DNA of 63,726 bases, counting the filler, from an uncultured archaeon (lineage in GTDB: Archaea; Nanobdellota; Nanobdellia; Woesearchaeales; CAIVOO01): NCBI GenBank assembly GCA_903842985.1. It is 6 parts of 6 records of this genome, joined end to end, with 100 filler letters (N's around TTAATTAATTAA, not from the genome) between each part and the next. Parts side by side here need not be neighbours in the genome. Positions count along the whole stretch, not along the records: positions 1 to 16,527 come from CAIMOB010000046.1; positions 16,628 to 36,570 come from CAIMOB010000047.1; 4 more parts are not named here. The stretch is one strand, 5' to 3'. Position 1 is the first letter of the stretch; each line of letters begins with the position of its first letter. Of the stretch, positions 8,287-17,676 are shown one piece after another. Below the pieces are notes generated by a model, which made no database searches, was not told the origin of the DNA, and saw only the letters and a list, made by a program, of their open reading frames with translations. Position numbers and translations under genes: made by a program.

Positions 8287-8410
8287 GCCCCGGTGGTGTA
8301 GTCCGGAAAACTTTTTAGAAAAGATTGGAAGTACTTTTTTAGGATGTTTGGACAATCAATCATCTCGGATTTTCGATCCGATGACCCGGGTTCAAATCCC
8401 GGCCGGGGCA
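8287..8410 (+). tRNA. tRNA-Glu(TTC) with 49-nt non-canonical D-loop intron (8307-8355)
   Basis: Removing 8307-8355 gives GCCCCGGTGGTGTAGTCCGGTCAATCATCTCGGATTTTCGATCCGATGACCCGGGTTCAAATCCCGGCCGGGGCA; GTCC/GGAC central helix flanked by GG|A and AA|T bulges. Confidence 0.88.
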
Positions 8411-8422
8411 TTTAAGTTATAT

Positions 8423-8558
8423 TGGGTTTGAGCATAGCGAAAACCCATACCTTTGATCAAACACAAAAAATGCTTTAAGGCATTTTTTGTGCCCAGAAAA
8501 TCTCTGATTTTCTTGGGCTTTAGTAAAGTTTGCACGGCTTCAATACTGGCCGGGGCAT
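8423..8558. repeat. Hairpin array followed by a degenerate copy of the tRNA-Glu 3' end
   Basis: TGGGTTT..AAACCCA, TTTGATCAAA, CACAAAAAATGC..GCATTTTTTGTG, GCCCAGAAAATC-TCT-GATTTTCTTGGGC; then CACGGCTTCAATACTGGCCGGGGCAT (8533-8558). Confidence 0.8.
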
Positions 8559-8592
8559 AATTTTATAAACAACCTCAAAATCTGTGATGAAT

Positions 8593-8700
8593 ATGAAACG
8601 AAGCTCAAGACGCTGGAAAAAGAAAGGGCAGATGCGCTGGAAATGGCAGAAAAAAAGAATCAAGCGCGAGAAGCGAAAGAGACAGAGAGTTAAAGCTTAA
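8593..8700 (+). CDS. rpl41e: Ribosomal protein L41e (eL41/eS32); not in the ORF track
   Basis: MKRSSRRWKKKGQMRWKWQKKRIKREKRKRQRVKA matches the archaeal L41e pattern KRSSRRWKKKG.MRWKW.KKR. Confidence 0.9.
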   Translation: MKRSSRRWKKKGQMRWKWQKKRIKREKRKRQRVKA

Positions 8701-8780
8701 TTCTTGACTACTATTTAGTGGTTAAAAATAGAAAGATTTATATACTGCAATATATAGAATTAGTTCTAAGGTGGTTATAT

Positions 8781-9275
8781 ATGAATAAATTATTGATTAT
8801 AGCTTTTATTGCAGTTTTCCTTGCTGGAGCGCTGTCTACAAGCTTAATTGCCACCATAAACGATTCCAATGCGCTGAAAACATTCCCTTTCTTTGGCACA
8901 GCACAGGATGTTTTATCACCTGCTGATCACATCAAGGAAGACCAGATACATGTCTACCAGAACAAGGTTGTTTTGGATGTTGCGGACGCTTCATGGGCTT
9001 CATTCACAGACACAAAGTCAATGGACCCGTTGCTTGACTCTGATTCAAACGGGATAGAGATAAAGCCAGCCTCTTCTTCAGAGATAAAAACAGGCGACAT
9101 AATTTCTTACGCATCTCCTTATGTTAATGGGCTTGTTATTCACAGGGTAATTGAAACAGGCATTGACGACAATGGCTGGTATGCAGTTGTCAAGGGTGAC
9201 AACAATCCATCAGCTGACCCAGGCAAAGTAAGATTCGGCCAGGTCAACGGCGTGCTTATTGGCGTGATTTACTAA
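8781..9275 (+). CDS. Signal peptidase I (Sec11/S26B-like)
   Basis: KSMDP, GDII, VIHRV, KGDNN..D motifs; N-terminal TM helix; AGGTGG RBS before 8781. Confidence 0.82.
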   Translation: MNKLLIIAFIAVFLAGALSTSLIATINDSNALKTFPFFGTAQDVLSPADHIKEDQIHVYQNKVVLDVADASWASFTDTKSMDPLLDSDSNGIEIKPASSSEIKTGDIISYASPYVNGLVIHRVIETGIDDNGWYAVVKGDNNPSADPGKVRFGQVNGVLIGVIY

Positions 9276-9307
9276 AATTTATAAAGAAATATTAAATAAT
9301 TCTGTTC

Positions 9308-10180
9308 ATGGACATCGAACCATGGAAAAAAGCAGGAAAAATAGCAGCTGAAGTGCTGGAGTTCGGCAGAAAGCTAGTCAAGAAAGACGCTTCAATTCTC
9401 GAAGTTGCTGATAAGATAGAGGCAGAAATAATCAGGAAAGGCGCAAGGCCAGCATTCCCAGTCAACATTTCCCTTAATGAAGTTGCTGCACACCAGACTC
9501 CTGAAATAGGAGATGAAAGAAAATTCAAGGATGAATTAGTAAAGCTTGATGTAGGTGTTGGCTATGAAGGTGCAATAGGCGACACAGCCTGCACAATTGA
9601 TTTGTCAGGCAAATATTCCAATTTGATTAAGGCGTCTGAAGAAGCGCTTGCAAATGCAATAAAACTTTCAACCCCAGGCACAACTCTTGGAGAGATTGGA
9701 AAAGCAATAGAAGAAACAATCAAAAGCCACGGGTTCGAGCCGATAAGGAATCTTTCAGGCCATGGGCTTGAGATAAATAATTTTCACGCAGAGCCGTCTA
9801 TTCCAAATTACGACAGCAAGGACGATACAAAACTCGAAGACGGGCAGATAATTGCAATTGAGCCGTTTGCAACAGACGGCGCAGGGCTGATTGTCGAGGG
9901 ACACAACGCAGAAATATTCCAATTGATTCAGCTGAAGCCATTGAGGGACATGACAGCAAGGCAGATGCTTGGGCAGATGATGGAGTATGAAGGCCTGCCT
10001 TTTGCTTCCAGATGGTTCAAGTTCCCGAAGTTCAGGGTGAATCTTGTTTTGAAGGAGATGGACAAGAACAAAATGCTGATTCTTTACCCGCAATTGATTG
10101 AGAAAAACAAGGGTATGGTGAGCCAGGCAGAGCATTCTGTTGTTGTCGGCGAGAAGCCGCTTGTGCTGACCAGAGTATAG
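9308..10180 (+). CDS. map: Methionine aminopeptidase type II
   Basis: AFPVNIS, AAH, KLDVG, GDTA, NLSGH, AIEPFAT, VSQAEH. Confidence 0.97.
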   Translation: MDIEPWKKAGKIAAEVLEFGRKLVKKDASILEVADKIEAEIIRKGARPAFPVNISLNEVAAHQTPEIGDERKFKDELVKLDVGVGYEGAIGDTACTIDLSGKYSNLIKASEEALANAIKLSTPGTTLGEIGKAIEETIKSHGFEPIRNLSGHGLEINNFHAEPSIPNYDSKDDTKLEDGQIIAIEPFATDGAGLIVEGHNAEIFQLIQLKPLRDMTARQMLGQMMEYEGLPFASRWFKFPKFRVNLVLKEMDKNKMLILYPQLIEKNKGMVSQAEHSVVVGEKPLVLTRV

Positions 10181-10215
10181 AAAAGTTTAAAAACTTCCTG
10201 ACATAAATAAATAAG

Positions 10216-10956
10216 ATGATAGATTTTAGCGAGTGGAAATATGAATTTAACTGGGAAGCGTTCAAAGAGGATGCTGTAGAAAATATTTCTTTGATGAAAC
10301 ATGTAATCTATGGGAATGGCGGGGACTACACTGCAGAGAACATGAATAAATTATTCAAGGCAGCTTACTCACTCAGTCAGATTTCAGGGAGACATAAGCT
10401 TAAAATTATGTACGACCTAAGCAGCGGCCTGGAAAACGTGTTCGGCGCCCTGAGAATGGGCGAAATTGAGGTAACGGCTGAATTTACAAGCGCAGTAAAG
10501 GAAAGCATTGGTTTGCTTGAGGAAATGGTAAATGAATACAGTTCGCAGGCAAATCAGGCAGGCAAGGTGGGCGCGAGCCTAAAAGGAATTTACGAAAATA
10601 GGAAAAACAGGCCGCCAAGCAAAAATGAAATTATGGAAAAATTACACCTGGATGATAACTTCTTCAAATCACTTACAGAATATGAAGAGCACAGGCTGGC
10701 AGAAAACATCAAATCAGGCAGACTAATCATGGAAATTAATGTTACATATCCAATTGATACTTTTGACGAGCAATTGACCAGGCTTAATACTGGTTTGAAA
10801 CAGCACGGAGAGCTAATCACTACACTCCCTTCTACTAAAGCATGCAAAGAAGATGAAATTTCATTTAAATTACTTGTTGCTGCTTTTGAAGACAAAGGAA
10901 CGGACATCATACATGTTGTTGGAGATGCCTCTGCAACAGTGTATGCCATTCAATGA
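10216..10956 (+). CDS. CheA-like Hpt (P1) + P2 domain protein with no kinase core and the phospho-His replaced
   Basis: NKLFKAAYSLSQISG aligns with CheA LFRxxHTLKG; LENVFGALRMGEI; LTEYEEHRL...FDEQL...LKQHGELITTLPS resembles CheA P2. Confidence 0.65.
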   Translation: MIDFSEWKYEFNWEAFKEDAVENISLMKHVIYGNGGDYTAENMNKLFKAAYSLSQISGRHKLKIMYDLSSGLENVFGALRMGEIEVTAEFTSAVKESIGLLEEMVNEYSSQANQAGKVGASLKGIYENRKNRPPSKNEIMEKLHLDDNFFKSLTEYEEHRLAENIKSGRLIMEINVTYPIDTFDEQLTRLNTGLKQHGELITTLPSTKACKEDEISFKLLVAAFEDKGTDIIHVVGDASATVYAIQ

Positions 10957-10972
10957 TTCTTATAATGTCAAT

Positions 10973-11521
10973 ATGAAAAAGAAATACATATTCATAATCT
11001 GGGCAGTAGCTCTTGCATTGAGTTTTTTCCTTGACAAATATTTTCTTGCAATCCAGAATTTCAGGAACCCTGTGCTTGACAGCGTGATGACAGCATTCAG
11101 CTTCATCGGCTCGTGGATAATAATTCCAATTCTGATTGTTGCAATTTTTCTCTGGAAAAAGCAGAAGCCCTTGGCTCCTGTGATGCTTATTGGACTTGGA
11201 ATTTCAGAGCTTCTGATGCAGACAATGCAATTAACAATTCCAAGGATGAGGCCGACAACAATAATAACAAAATACAGCTTTCCGAGCGGGCATGCTTCAT
11301 CTGTTTTTTCAGCAGTGCCTGTCATAAACAGGAATTTCAAAGTCTTCAGGTACTGCTGGCTTGCGCTGGCTGTGCTGATTTCATTCTCCAGGGTTTATCT
11401 TGGCGTGCATTATCTGAGCGATGTGGTTGCAGGCAGCCTTCTTGGGTATGGAATAACTTTATTTTTTATGTATTTGGAAGACAAAACCTCTTTTTTCAAG
11501 AAGCTAACGAGAAGGTTTTAA
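10973..11521 (+). CDS. PAP2-family membrane phosphatase
   Basis: RMRP, SFPSGH and SRVYLGVHYLSDV motifs. Confidence 0.92.
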   Translation: MKKKYIFIIWAVALALSFFLDKYFLAIQNFRNPVLDSVMTAFSFIGSWIIIPILIVAIFLWKKQKPLAPVMLIGLGISELLMQTMQLTIPRMRPTTIITKYSFPSGHASSVFSAVPVINRNFKVFRYCWLALAVLISFSRVYLGVHYLSDVVAGSLLGYGITLFFMYLEDKTSFFKKLTRRF

Positions 11522-11559
11522 GCGATTTATTATATATAAATTAAGCGAAACATTTTTAT

Positions 11560-11967
11560 ATGTCATCACTATTCGTTAGTGTAATGATTATAGTGAACGT
11601 TATCCCCAAAAAGATAGAGTTGGTCGACTTCAATATCAAAGATAATTCTGCAGAATTCAACATTTATTTTAATGACGGTCTTGACAGGAAAGTCTCGCTT
11701 TCAAGGGTCCTGAACGACTCTGAAGCGCTTTCAGAGCAGATGGTGACTGAGATGCGCTCGCTTGCCAAGAAAAACAACATGGGGCTGACAGGCGACTGGG
11801 ACGAGATTCTTGTGATAAGGATGGACAAGGAAGACGAATCAACCAGAAAATTAATGGGTTTCTTCGATCGCGTCAGGGAGAGAATGAAGGACATAAAGCA
11901 GACAAGGTCAGCAACAGGATTTCTCGACAAGGTTCATAGGTCAAAGATGCTGGTTGTGGATTTATAG
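11560..11967 (+). CDS. Hypothetical protein
   Basis: 135-aa ORF after a TATA box; exact start uncertain. Confidence 0.7.
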   Translation: MSSLFVSVMIIVNVIPKKIELVDFNIKDNSAEFNIYFNDGLDRKVSLSRVLNDSEALSEQMVTEMRSLAKKNNMGLTGDWDEILVIRMDKEDESTRKLMGFFDRVRERMKDIKQTRSATGFLDKVHRSKMLVVDL

Positions 11968-12066
11968 CAAACTTTTTCTTTAGAAAATCAAAAGTTTGAT
12001 CAAAAAGAAACTATTTGTGCCCTAGCGGAGAAAAATTAGAAAAGTTAAGAACTTAAAACTTTCTAA
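11968..12066. repeat. Intergenic hairpin array
   Basis: CAAACTTTT..AAAAGTTTG, TTTGATCAAA, TGTGCCC, TTAGAAAAGTT..AACTTTCTAA. Confidence 0.6.
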
Positions 12067-12230
12067 TGTTCGATTATGTCGTCGATATCCTTTACCAATT
12101 CTTCTGCGCTCTGCTCAATAAGAACGCTTCCTGGCGTGTCGCAGTAGGGGCACTTTGATGGAGGGTCCCTGTTTTCAGGATTCCTCGGACTAAACCGGAA
12201 AGTGCATTTTTGGCAAACGAATCTTACCAT
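12063..12230 (-). CDS. Small zinc-ribbon protein (55 aa); not in the ORF track
   Basis: MVRFVCQKCTFRFSPRNPENRDPPSKCPYCDTPGSVLIEQSAEELVKDIDDIIEH with two CxxC pairs; TATA upstream. Confidence 0.8.
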   Translation of the reverse strand: MVRFVCQKCTFRFSPRNPENRDPPSKCPYCDTPGSVLIEQSAEELVKDIDDIIEH

Positions 12231-12427
12231 GAGACTAGTAAATACTCATAAGTATATAAATTTTTTTATTACAAAAAGCCATCAGATTACTAGTTGTCCA
12301 ATAAAGCTTTTTGTAATGAATGCCACAGGCTTTGGCCTGTGGCTTTTTGTTAGATATTTACAATATTGTAATATTTACCTACTTTAAAGAGGTAAATTAT
12401 AAATACAAGTGTGTACTTCTTTGCAAT

Positions 12428-13588
12428 ATGGTAGCAGGAGACAAAGTACCAAAAGGAATAGATCCTGAATTTGATTATGAGCAACATTATATGGATAGCC
12501 AGCCTTCACCAGATGCAGCTAAACCCGCGGCAGAAGAAATCCCTTCGGTAGCGATAATTGATCCTTCTGGACAAGGCAAAGAAAATTACGTCGGGCCTGT
12601 GGGAGCCAAGGAATATATTGGTCCGGTGCCGCAGATAGCAAAGATGAAAATTCTTGAATCGCTCGGGGCAATTGGAGGGGCAATCAAGATAATTGGAAGC
12701 AACTTGTATCTCTCGCTTGAAAATCGCATCATAAGCCAAAAAGCAATGAAAAATATAATGAGGATTGAAGAGGGGGTTGAAGGAAAAATGATTGAAGAAA
12801 AAGAATTAAAACCTGAATTTGAACCGCCAAAGACACTTGAGGAGGCAAACATACTTGCTATGCGCTATTATTTGCGCGGAATCGGGATGAAAGACGCGCT
12901 TGAGCAGTTTCTGCAATACATAAAATTCAATGAGTATCTTAATCCTGTTGCAGTTGTGCCGAGGGATAAATTCATAGAAATTGTCAATGGTGACAACGCC
13001 AACCTTTACAATATCCTTAAAAACACAGACATCACCGACAAAATAAGCGAAAATGTTGTAATAGACAATTCGAGGCTGAAAACAGGCGGTTCCGAATTCA
13101 GCAACAGATACATCGAAGAAAATCTTAAGTATTATACTGGCGATTTTGAATCTGCAGAAAATAAGTCTTTTTCAATACCAAATTACACTGCGCTTTCAAT
13201 TCTTGTTCCCGACGCCTTAAGGGTAAAGTTTGTAAAATTTGCACAGGTAAACGAATCAAGCAGGGAGTTGCCGTTGGTGTCAATTGTGGAGAACAGGTTA
13301 TTCAGGGATGACCATATGAAAAAAGAAAACCTTGTGCCGACAGATGCCGAGTTAAGCGAATTTGTTTATGCAAGCGGCGAAAAAGTGATAACAGATTTGC
13401 TTGACTTTTTGCACGGATTGGACGAAGAATTTTCCCAGATTTCAGTATCGCTTCGCCACGAACCTGCGTTGGTCAATAAGCGCCTTAAGGAAGCAGTCTA
13501 CAGGAATATTCTTCAGAAAAACAACCCTGGGCTGTGCTACGCAGGAGACAATTCGCAGGATCGCCGTATTTGGAAGGGTTTAATGTAA
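12428..13588 (+). CDS. Hypothetical protein
   Basis: Long ORF; likely start MVAGDK; short internal repeat GKENYVGPV/AKEYIGPV. Confidence 0.7.
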   Translation: MVAGDKVPKGIDPEFDYEQHYMDSQPSPDAAKPAAEEIPSVAIIDPSGQGKENYVGPVGAKEYIGPVPQIAKMKILESLGAIGGAIKIIGSNLYLSLENRIISQKAMKNIMRIEEGVEGKMIEEKELKPEFEPPKTLEEANILAMRYYLRGIGMKDALEQFLQYIKFNEYLNPVAVVPRDKFIEIVNGDNANLYNILKNTDITDKISENVVIDNSRLKTGGSEFSNRYIEENLKYYTGDFESAENKSFSIPNYTALSILVPDALRVKFVKFAQVNESSRELPLVSIVENRLFRDDHMKKENLVPTDAELSEFVYASGEKVITDLLDFLHGLDEEFSQISVSLRHEPALVNKRLKEAVYRNILQKNNPGLCYAGDNSQDRRIWKGLM

Positions 13589-14530
13589 TTATTCTCCCCT
13601 GTAGAATTTCGCAGCTTCTTCTGGCGTGACAGAATTTATGCAGGCATCTGTCCCGAGCTCGTAGCCAGCCCAGATTGCCTGGCGCGGGCAGATTTCTATG
13701 TGGAAATGATAGGCAGGGTCGTTGTGGTAATGCAGGAAAAAGTTGTAAGGCACATTCATTTCCTTCAATTTGACCAAGACTTTTTTCAGTATCTCAGCCA
13801 TGTGCCAAAGCATGTTGTTGTCCATTCTTGTGATTGAGTTGATGTGGTGCTTTGGGAATATCCAGATTTCATAATGAAACCTTGAAGCGTAAGGCGTGAA
13901 TGCGACAAACAATTCATTTTCAAAGCACCTGCGGTAAGACCCTTTCTCAATGTTGATAATGTCGCAGTAGGGGCAGGACTGGAATTTCTTTATTGCGTCA
14001 AGCTCTTCGCGGACAGTCGAAGGGACAAAATTGTTTGCAATAATCTGCGTGTGAGAATGGACAATGGAAGTTCCTGCCTCCCCGCCATGGTTCTTGAAGA
14101 CATTCACATGCTTGATTCCATTAATTTTTGAAAGCTCAGTTATCCTGTCGGAATAAACTTGCAGGACTTCCTTTAATTCGTCAACACTCAGGTCAGCTGT
14201 ATGCTTCGAATGGTCAGGAGTCTCGACGATAATCTCATGCTTCCCAAATGCGTCTGAAAAAGTGAAAAACCTGTTGTCAGTCCTTATTTCAGAAACACCC
14301 TGAGGAACAACAGTTGCAAACTTATTTTGAAAAACCCTTATTTTCCAATTGCCTTTTTCGTCGGAAACCCTTGCAATCTCAGGCGGGGTCATCGATTCGT
14401 CGCCAGGGCAGAAAAAACAGGCAACCGGCTCTTCTTTTACCTCTATCTCTTTAATTTCGTGCGGCCTTTTCCCTCTTGCCTCTGAGACAATAACATACCT
14501 GTCCAGAATGTAATCCTTTCTCAGCTCCAT
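13589..14530 (-). CDS. galT: Galactose-1-phosphate uridylyltransferase-like (HIT superfamily)
   Basis: MELRKD, RGKRP, CFFCPG, NKF, GKHEIIVETPDH, FKNHG..AGTS..HSHTQ. Confidence 0.92.
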   Translation of the reverse strand: MELRKDYILDRYVIVSEARGKRPHEIKEIEVKEEPVACFFCPGDESMTPPEIARVSDEKGNWKIRVFQNKFATVVPQGVSEIRTDNRFFTFSDAFGKHEIIVETPDHSKHTADLSVDELKEVLQVYSDRITELSKINGIKHVNVFKNHGGEAGTSIVHSHTQIIANNFVPSTVREELDAIKKFQSCPYCDIINIEKGSYRRCFENELFVAFTPYASRFHYEIWIFPKHHINSITRMDNNMLWHMAEILKKVLVKLKEMNVPYNFFLHYHNDPAYHFHIEICPRQAIWAGYELGTDACINSVTPEEAAKFYRGE

Positions 14531-16350
14531 TTTTTGTCAACAGCTGCGTTGTGCGCCTGGATGTAATTGCTGAACAAATGCTTCCAGTCAGCCAGGCCAG
14601 CCAGCCTTCTTGCCTCTATTTTATTGTCAATCCTCTCCTCCTTTGAAAGCTTTGAATAGAAATAAAGCACATTGAACAGCTCATCAACAGACTCTTCATC
14701 TGTTTTATTTTGCCTCCTGCATACGAAAATTCCTTGCTCCTTTGCAATATCGCAGCTTGTTTCGTTGCAGACATCCTTCGGCCTCTGCTGGTTAATGAAC
14801 CTGCCGAAGCCGGCTAAATCAGTTGTGACAGATGCAACCCCGAGCGCGCCTGCCTCAAGGGGAGTGTAGCCCCATGGCTCGTAAATTGACGGGAAAACTC
14901 CCATGTGCCCGCCGATTATTGCATCATAATAGCTCAGGTCAAGCAAGCCGTCTGCGCCAGACATGTATGTCGGGTAAAACACAACCTTCACCCTGTCATC
15001 CTCAAGGTTGTCAAGACCTGTTGCCCTGAACAGGTTCAGGATTGGGTCGCGCCCCTCGTCAAACAAGTCATGCGTGCACATAAAAGGCTTTCCGCCCTTT
15101 GCGAACCTTAGCACCTTTCTTTTTGTTTCCGAGAGAAAATCCTCCGGAAATATAGTCTCCTTTGCCAGTCTTTTTTGGGAAAGCAGGTTTATCAGTATGT
15201 AATTTCTTATCTTTTCCTTGTACTCATCAACAGACTCCTTTACATCATTGTAATATTCCCTGTTCTCGACAAGCTCAGGCTTTATGTTCTTGACTCCGGC
15301 AGGTATGAAAAAGAACGCGACAAATGTCCTTTTGCTGTTCTCTTCCTTTAGCTTATTGTTTAATTTCGCCAGCGCTTTCAAAAACACATCAGTGCCCTTG
15401 TTGTGGAATTCGTATCTCGCGAATGTGAACAGTATGTACGTCTCGTCCAAATCAAATGCGTAATATGGGAAGAAATAATATAGGATAAATTCCTTGAACC
15501 TGAACTTCATTTCCGAATGCTTTATCGAGACATCCTCAAAGCTCGGGAACTCCTCCATGTCAAGGCCGTTCGGAAGCAGGACATCTGGCTTTTTCTTCAG
15601 AATATGTTCTGCCTCTATTCCGGTTATTTCTGAAACAGTTGTGAATATCTCTGCCTGCCAGGCTCCCTGTTTTTCCAGCTGGTATTTTGTCCAGATTCCG
15701 TAATTGTACGCTTCCTTGTCCGGGTCTATTTTGTCAAGAATGCTGTAGAGATCCCTCGAAGACGCAATAGATCTGCCGAGCATTGTCGCGTGCGTCGTGA
15801 AAACAGTCGCTACAGGGGCATCAACCATCTTTAAATGAAGCAGGCCCGCTGAGCTCAGCCACTCATGGAACTGCGCAACAATCTTTCTGCCAGGATAAAT
15901 CGCTGCAAGCTTTTCAATCAAAACGCCTGTGGCGTGGCTCCAGGTAATTGGCTCGTTAACATCCTGCGGGCAGTTTAACGAGTCAATCTTGAACTTGTCC
16001 CACAGCTTTTTCTTTATCTCATTTGTTTTTGAATAATACCCCTGAAAATCAATAAGTATTGCCTTTGGATTTCCCTTCACGAGCCAGTTGCCGTAGTGGC
16101 ATATTATGCCAAGCGCCTTGCATTCATCAAAAACTCTTTTCAATTCTTCAGACGGCACAACTTCCTCAAACTCGCCAATTACTTTCTGGTGGAAATAAGG
16201 CCCGATGCAGAAATAATTTTCATAGTGCTTTGTCGCCTGCATTGCCTTTGACATGAGCACAGTGTAAATCCCGCCAACCTTGTTGCAAACCTCAAAAGAA
16301 ACTTCGAGAAGTACATCTGCCTTTTTCACAACTGCCTCTTTTTCATTCAT
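14521..16350 (-). CDS. Glycogen synthase, GT3 (eukaryote-type) family
   Basis: EVCNKVGGIYTVL, FHEWL, TTHAT.LGR, RYEFHNKG.D, GVFPSIYEPWGYTPLE. Confidence 0.92.
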   Translation of the reverse strand: MNEKEAVVKKADVLLEVSFEVCNKVGGIYTVLMSKAMQATKHYENYFCIGPYFHQKVIGEFEEVVPSEELKRVFDECKALGIICHYGNWLVKGNPKAILIDFQGYYSKTNEIKKKLWDKFKIDSLNCPQDVNEPITWSHATGVLIEKLAAIYPGRKIVAQFHEWLSSAGLLHLKMVDAPVATVFTTHATMLGRSIASSRDLYSILDKIDPDKEAYNYGIWTKYQLEKQGAWQAEIFTTVSEITGIEAEHILKKKPDVLLPNGLDMEEFPSFEDVSIKHSEMKFRFKEFILYYFFPYYAFDLDETYILFTFARYEFHNKGTDVFLKALAKLNNKLKEENSKRTFVAFFFIPAGVKNIKPELVENREYYNDVKESVDEYKEKIRNYILINLLSQKRLAKETIFPEDFLSETKRKVLRFAKGGKPFMCTHDLFDEGRDPILNLFRATGLDNLEDDRVKVVFYPTYMSGADGLLDLSYYDAIIGGHMGVFPSIYEPWGYTPLEAGALGVASVTTDLAGFGRFINQQRPKDVCNETSCDIAKEQGIFVCRRQNKTDEESVDELFNVLYFYSKLSKEERIDNKIEARRLAGLADWKHLFSNYIQAHNAAVDKKWS

Positions 16351-16527
16351 ATAAACTTTGTTTCTTGTTTTGATTTTAAAAAATTTTCATACTATTCTAA
16401 AGTGAATACTAAAATTCAAAAAATAGTTATATATTTATATTAAAATAGTACTAACTTATAGCTTAATTTTAGTTTATGAATATATGTTATAACTATTTAA
16501 GTATTAACTACACAATTAAAACGACTA

Positions 16528-16627
16528 NNNNNNNNNNNNNNNNNNNNNNNNNNNNNNNNNNNNNNNNNNNNTTAATTAATTAANNNNNNNNNNNNNNNNN
16601 NNNNNNNNNNNNNNNNNNNNNNNNNNN
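16528..16627. other. Artificial contig-join spacer
   Basis: N-run + TTAATTAATTAA + N-run, 100 nt; same design at 36571, 38703, 40830 and 56052. Confidence 0.97.
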
Positions 16628-17676
16628 CGCCAAAAACAGTTGAGAAGCCTACACCAATAACAGAGGTTTCGTTTGAAAAACATATTGTTTATGCCTCAAG
16701 CCACATTTATTCTGTCGCGCCTGCTGACTTCAACAAGGACGGATTCATTGATATCGCTGCAGTTGATTTCACAAGAAATAACTATCTTCTGATAAATGAC
16801 GGCAAAGGAAGCTTCACGCCGACACAGCAGTTCGGCACAGGAAACTCAAAGGTGATAAGGGCAGCTGACTTCAACAACGACGGCTGGCCAGACCTTGTTG
16901 TCGGAAAGTACGGACCTGAGTCAGAGGTCTACATAAACAACAAGGACGGCACATACAAAAAGGTAATACTAAAAGAAGGCCTTGTTGAGGACTTGGTTGT
17001 CGCTGACTTCAACAGCGACGGCTGGATGGACATTGCCATGGGGGTTGAAGGCGGTCAGAACTATCTTTACATAAACAACAAGGACGAGACATTTGATGCG
17101 CAGTCCCAGTTTAGCAAGGACATGCATGTGCGCGCATTGGCTGCCTGCGACTTCAACGGTGATGGCAAGATGGACCTGGCGCTTGGCACCGACTTCCAGA
17201 GGAATTACATGTTCCTTAACAAAGGCGACGGCAGTTTTGACCAGCTAAGAGAATTCGGCGAGAACCACCATACGCTTTCAATGTCCTGCGCTGACTTTGA
17301 CAAGGACGGCAAGATGGACCTTGCAGTCGGCAACAACAACCAGGCAAGCAACATTGACCGCAACTACATCTATTACAATCTTGGAAACAATGTATTCTCG
17401 GCAAGCGACCCAATCATAGGCGCGACAAGGTCATATGCAATTGATGCAGTTGACGTCAACAACGACGGCCTGATGGATGTTGCAGTCGGCAACTATGACA
17501 GGCTCAGCGCTGTTTACACAAACCTCGGAACAAACGGGTTTGGCGAGACTGTTTTCCCTGAAAAGAGCTATGTGATGGACATTGCAGCAGCTGACATGGA
17601 CGGAGACGGCGACACTGACCTGGTATTTGCGCTTGACAAGGAAGGGGTTGCGATTTACGAGAACAAATTGAAATGA
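16628..17676 (+). CDS. FG-GAP/VCBS repeat beta-propeller protein, 5'-truncated by the gap
   Basis: Seven A(A/C)DF(N/D)xDGxxD(L/I)-type repeats; frame is open from the gap. Confidence 0.9.

Noticed and set aside
16351..16527. Very AT-rich stretch as a replication origin
   Set aside because: No ORB-like repeats or cdc6/orc1 visible and it is cut by the gap; it may simply be promoter DNA.
16528..16627. TTAATTAATTAA motif repeated five times within N-runs
   Set aside because: Identical 100-nt spacers with stops in all frames are scaffolding linkers, not biological repeats.
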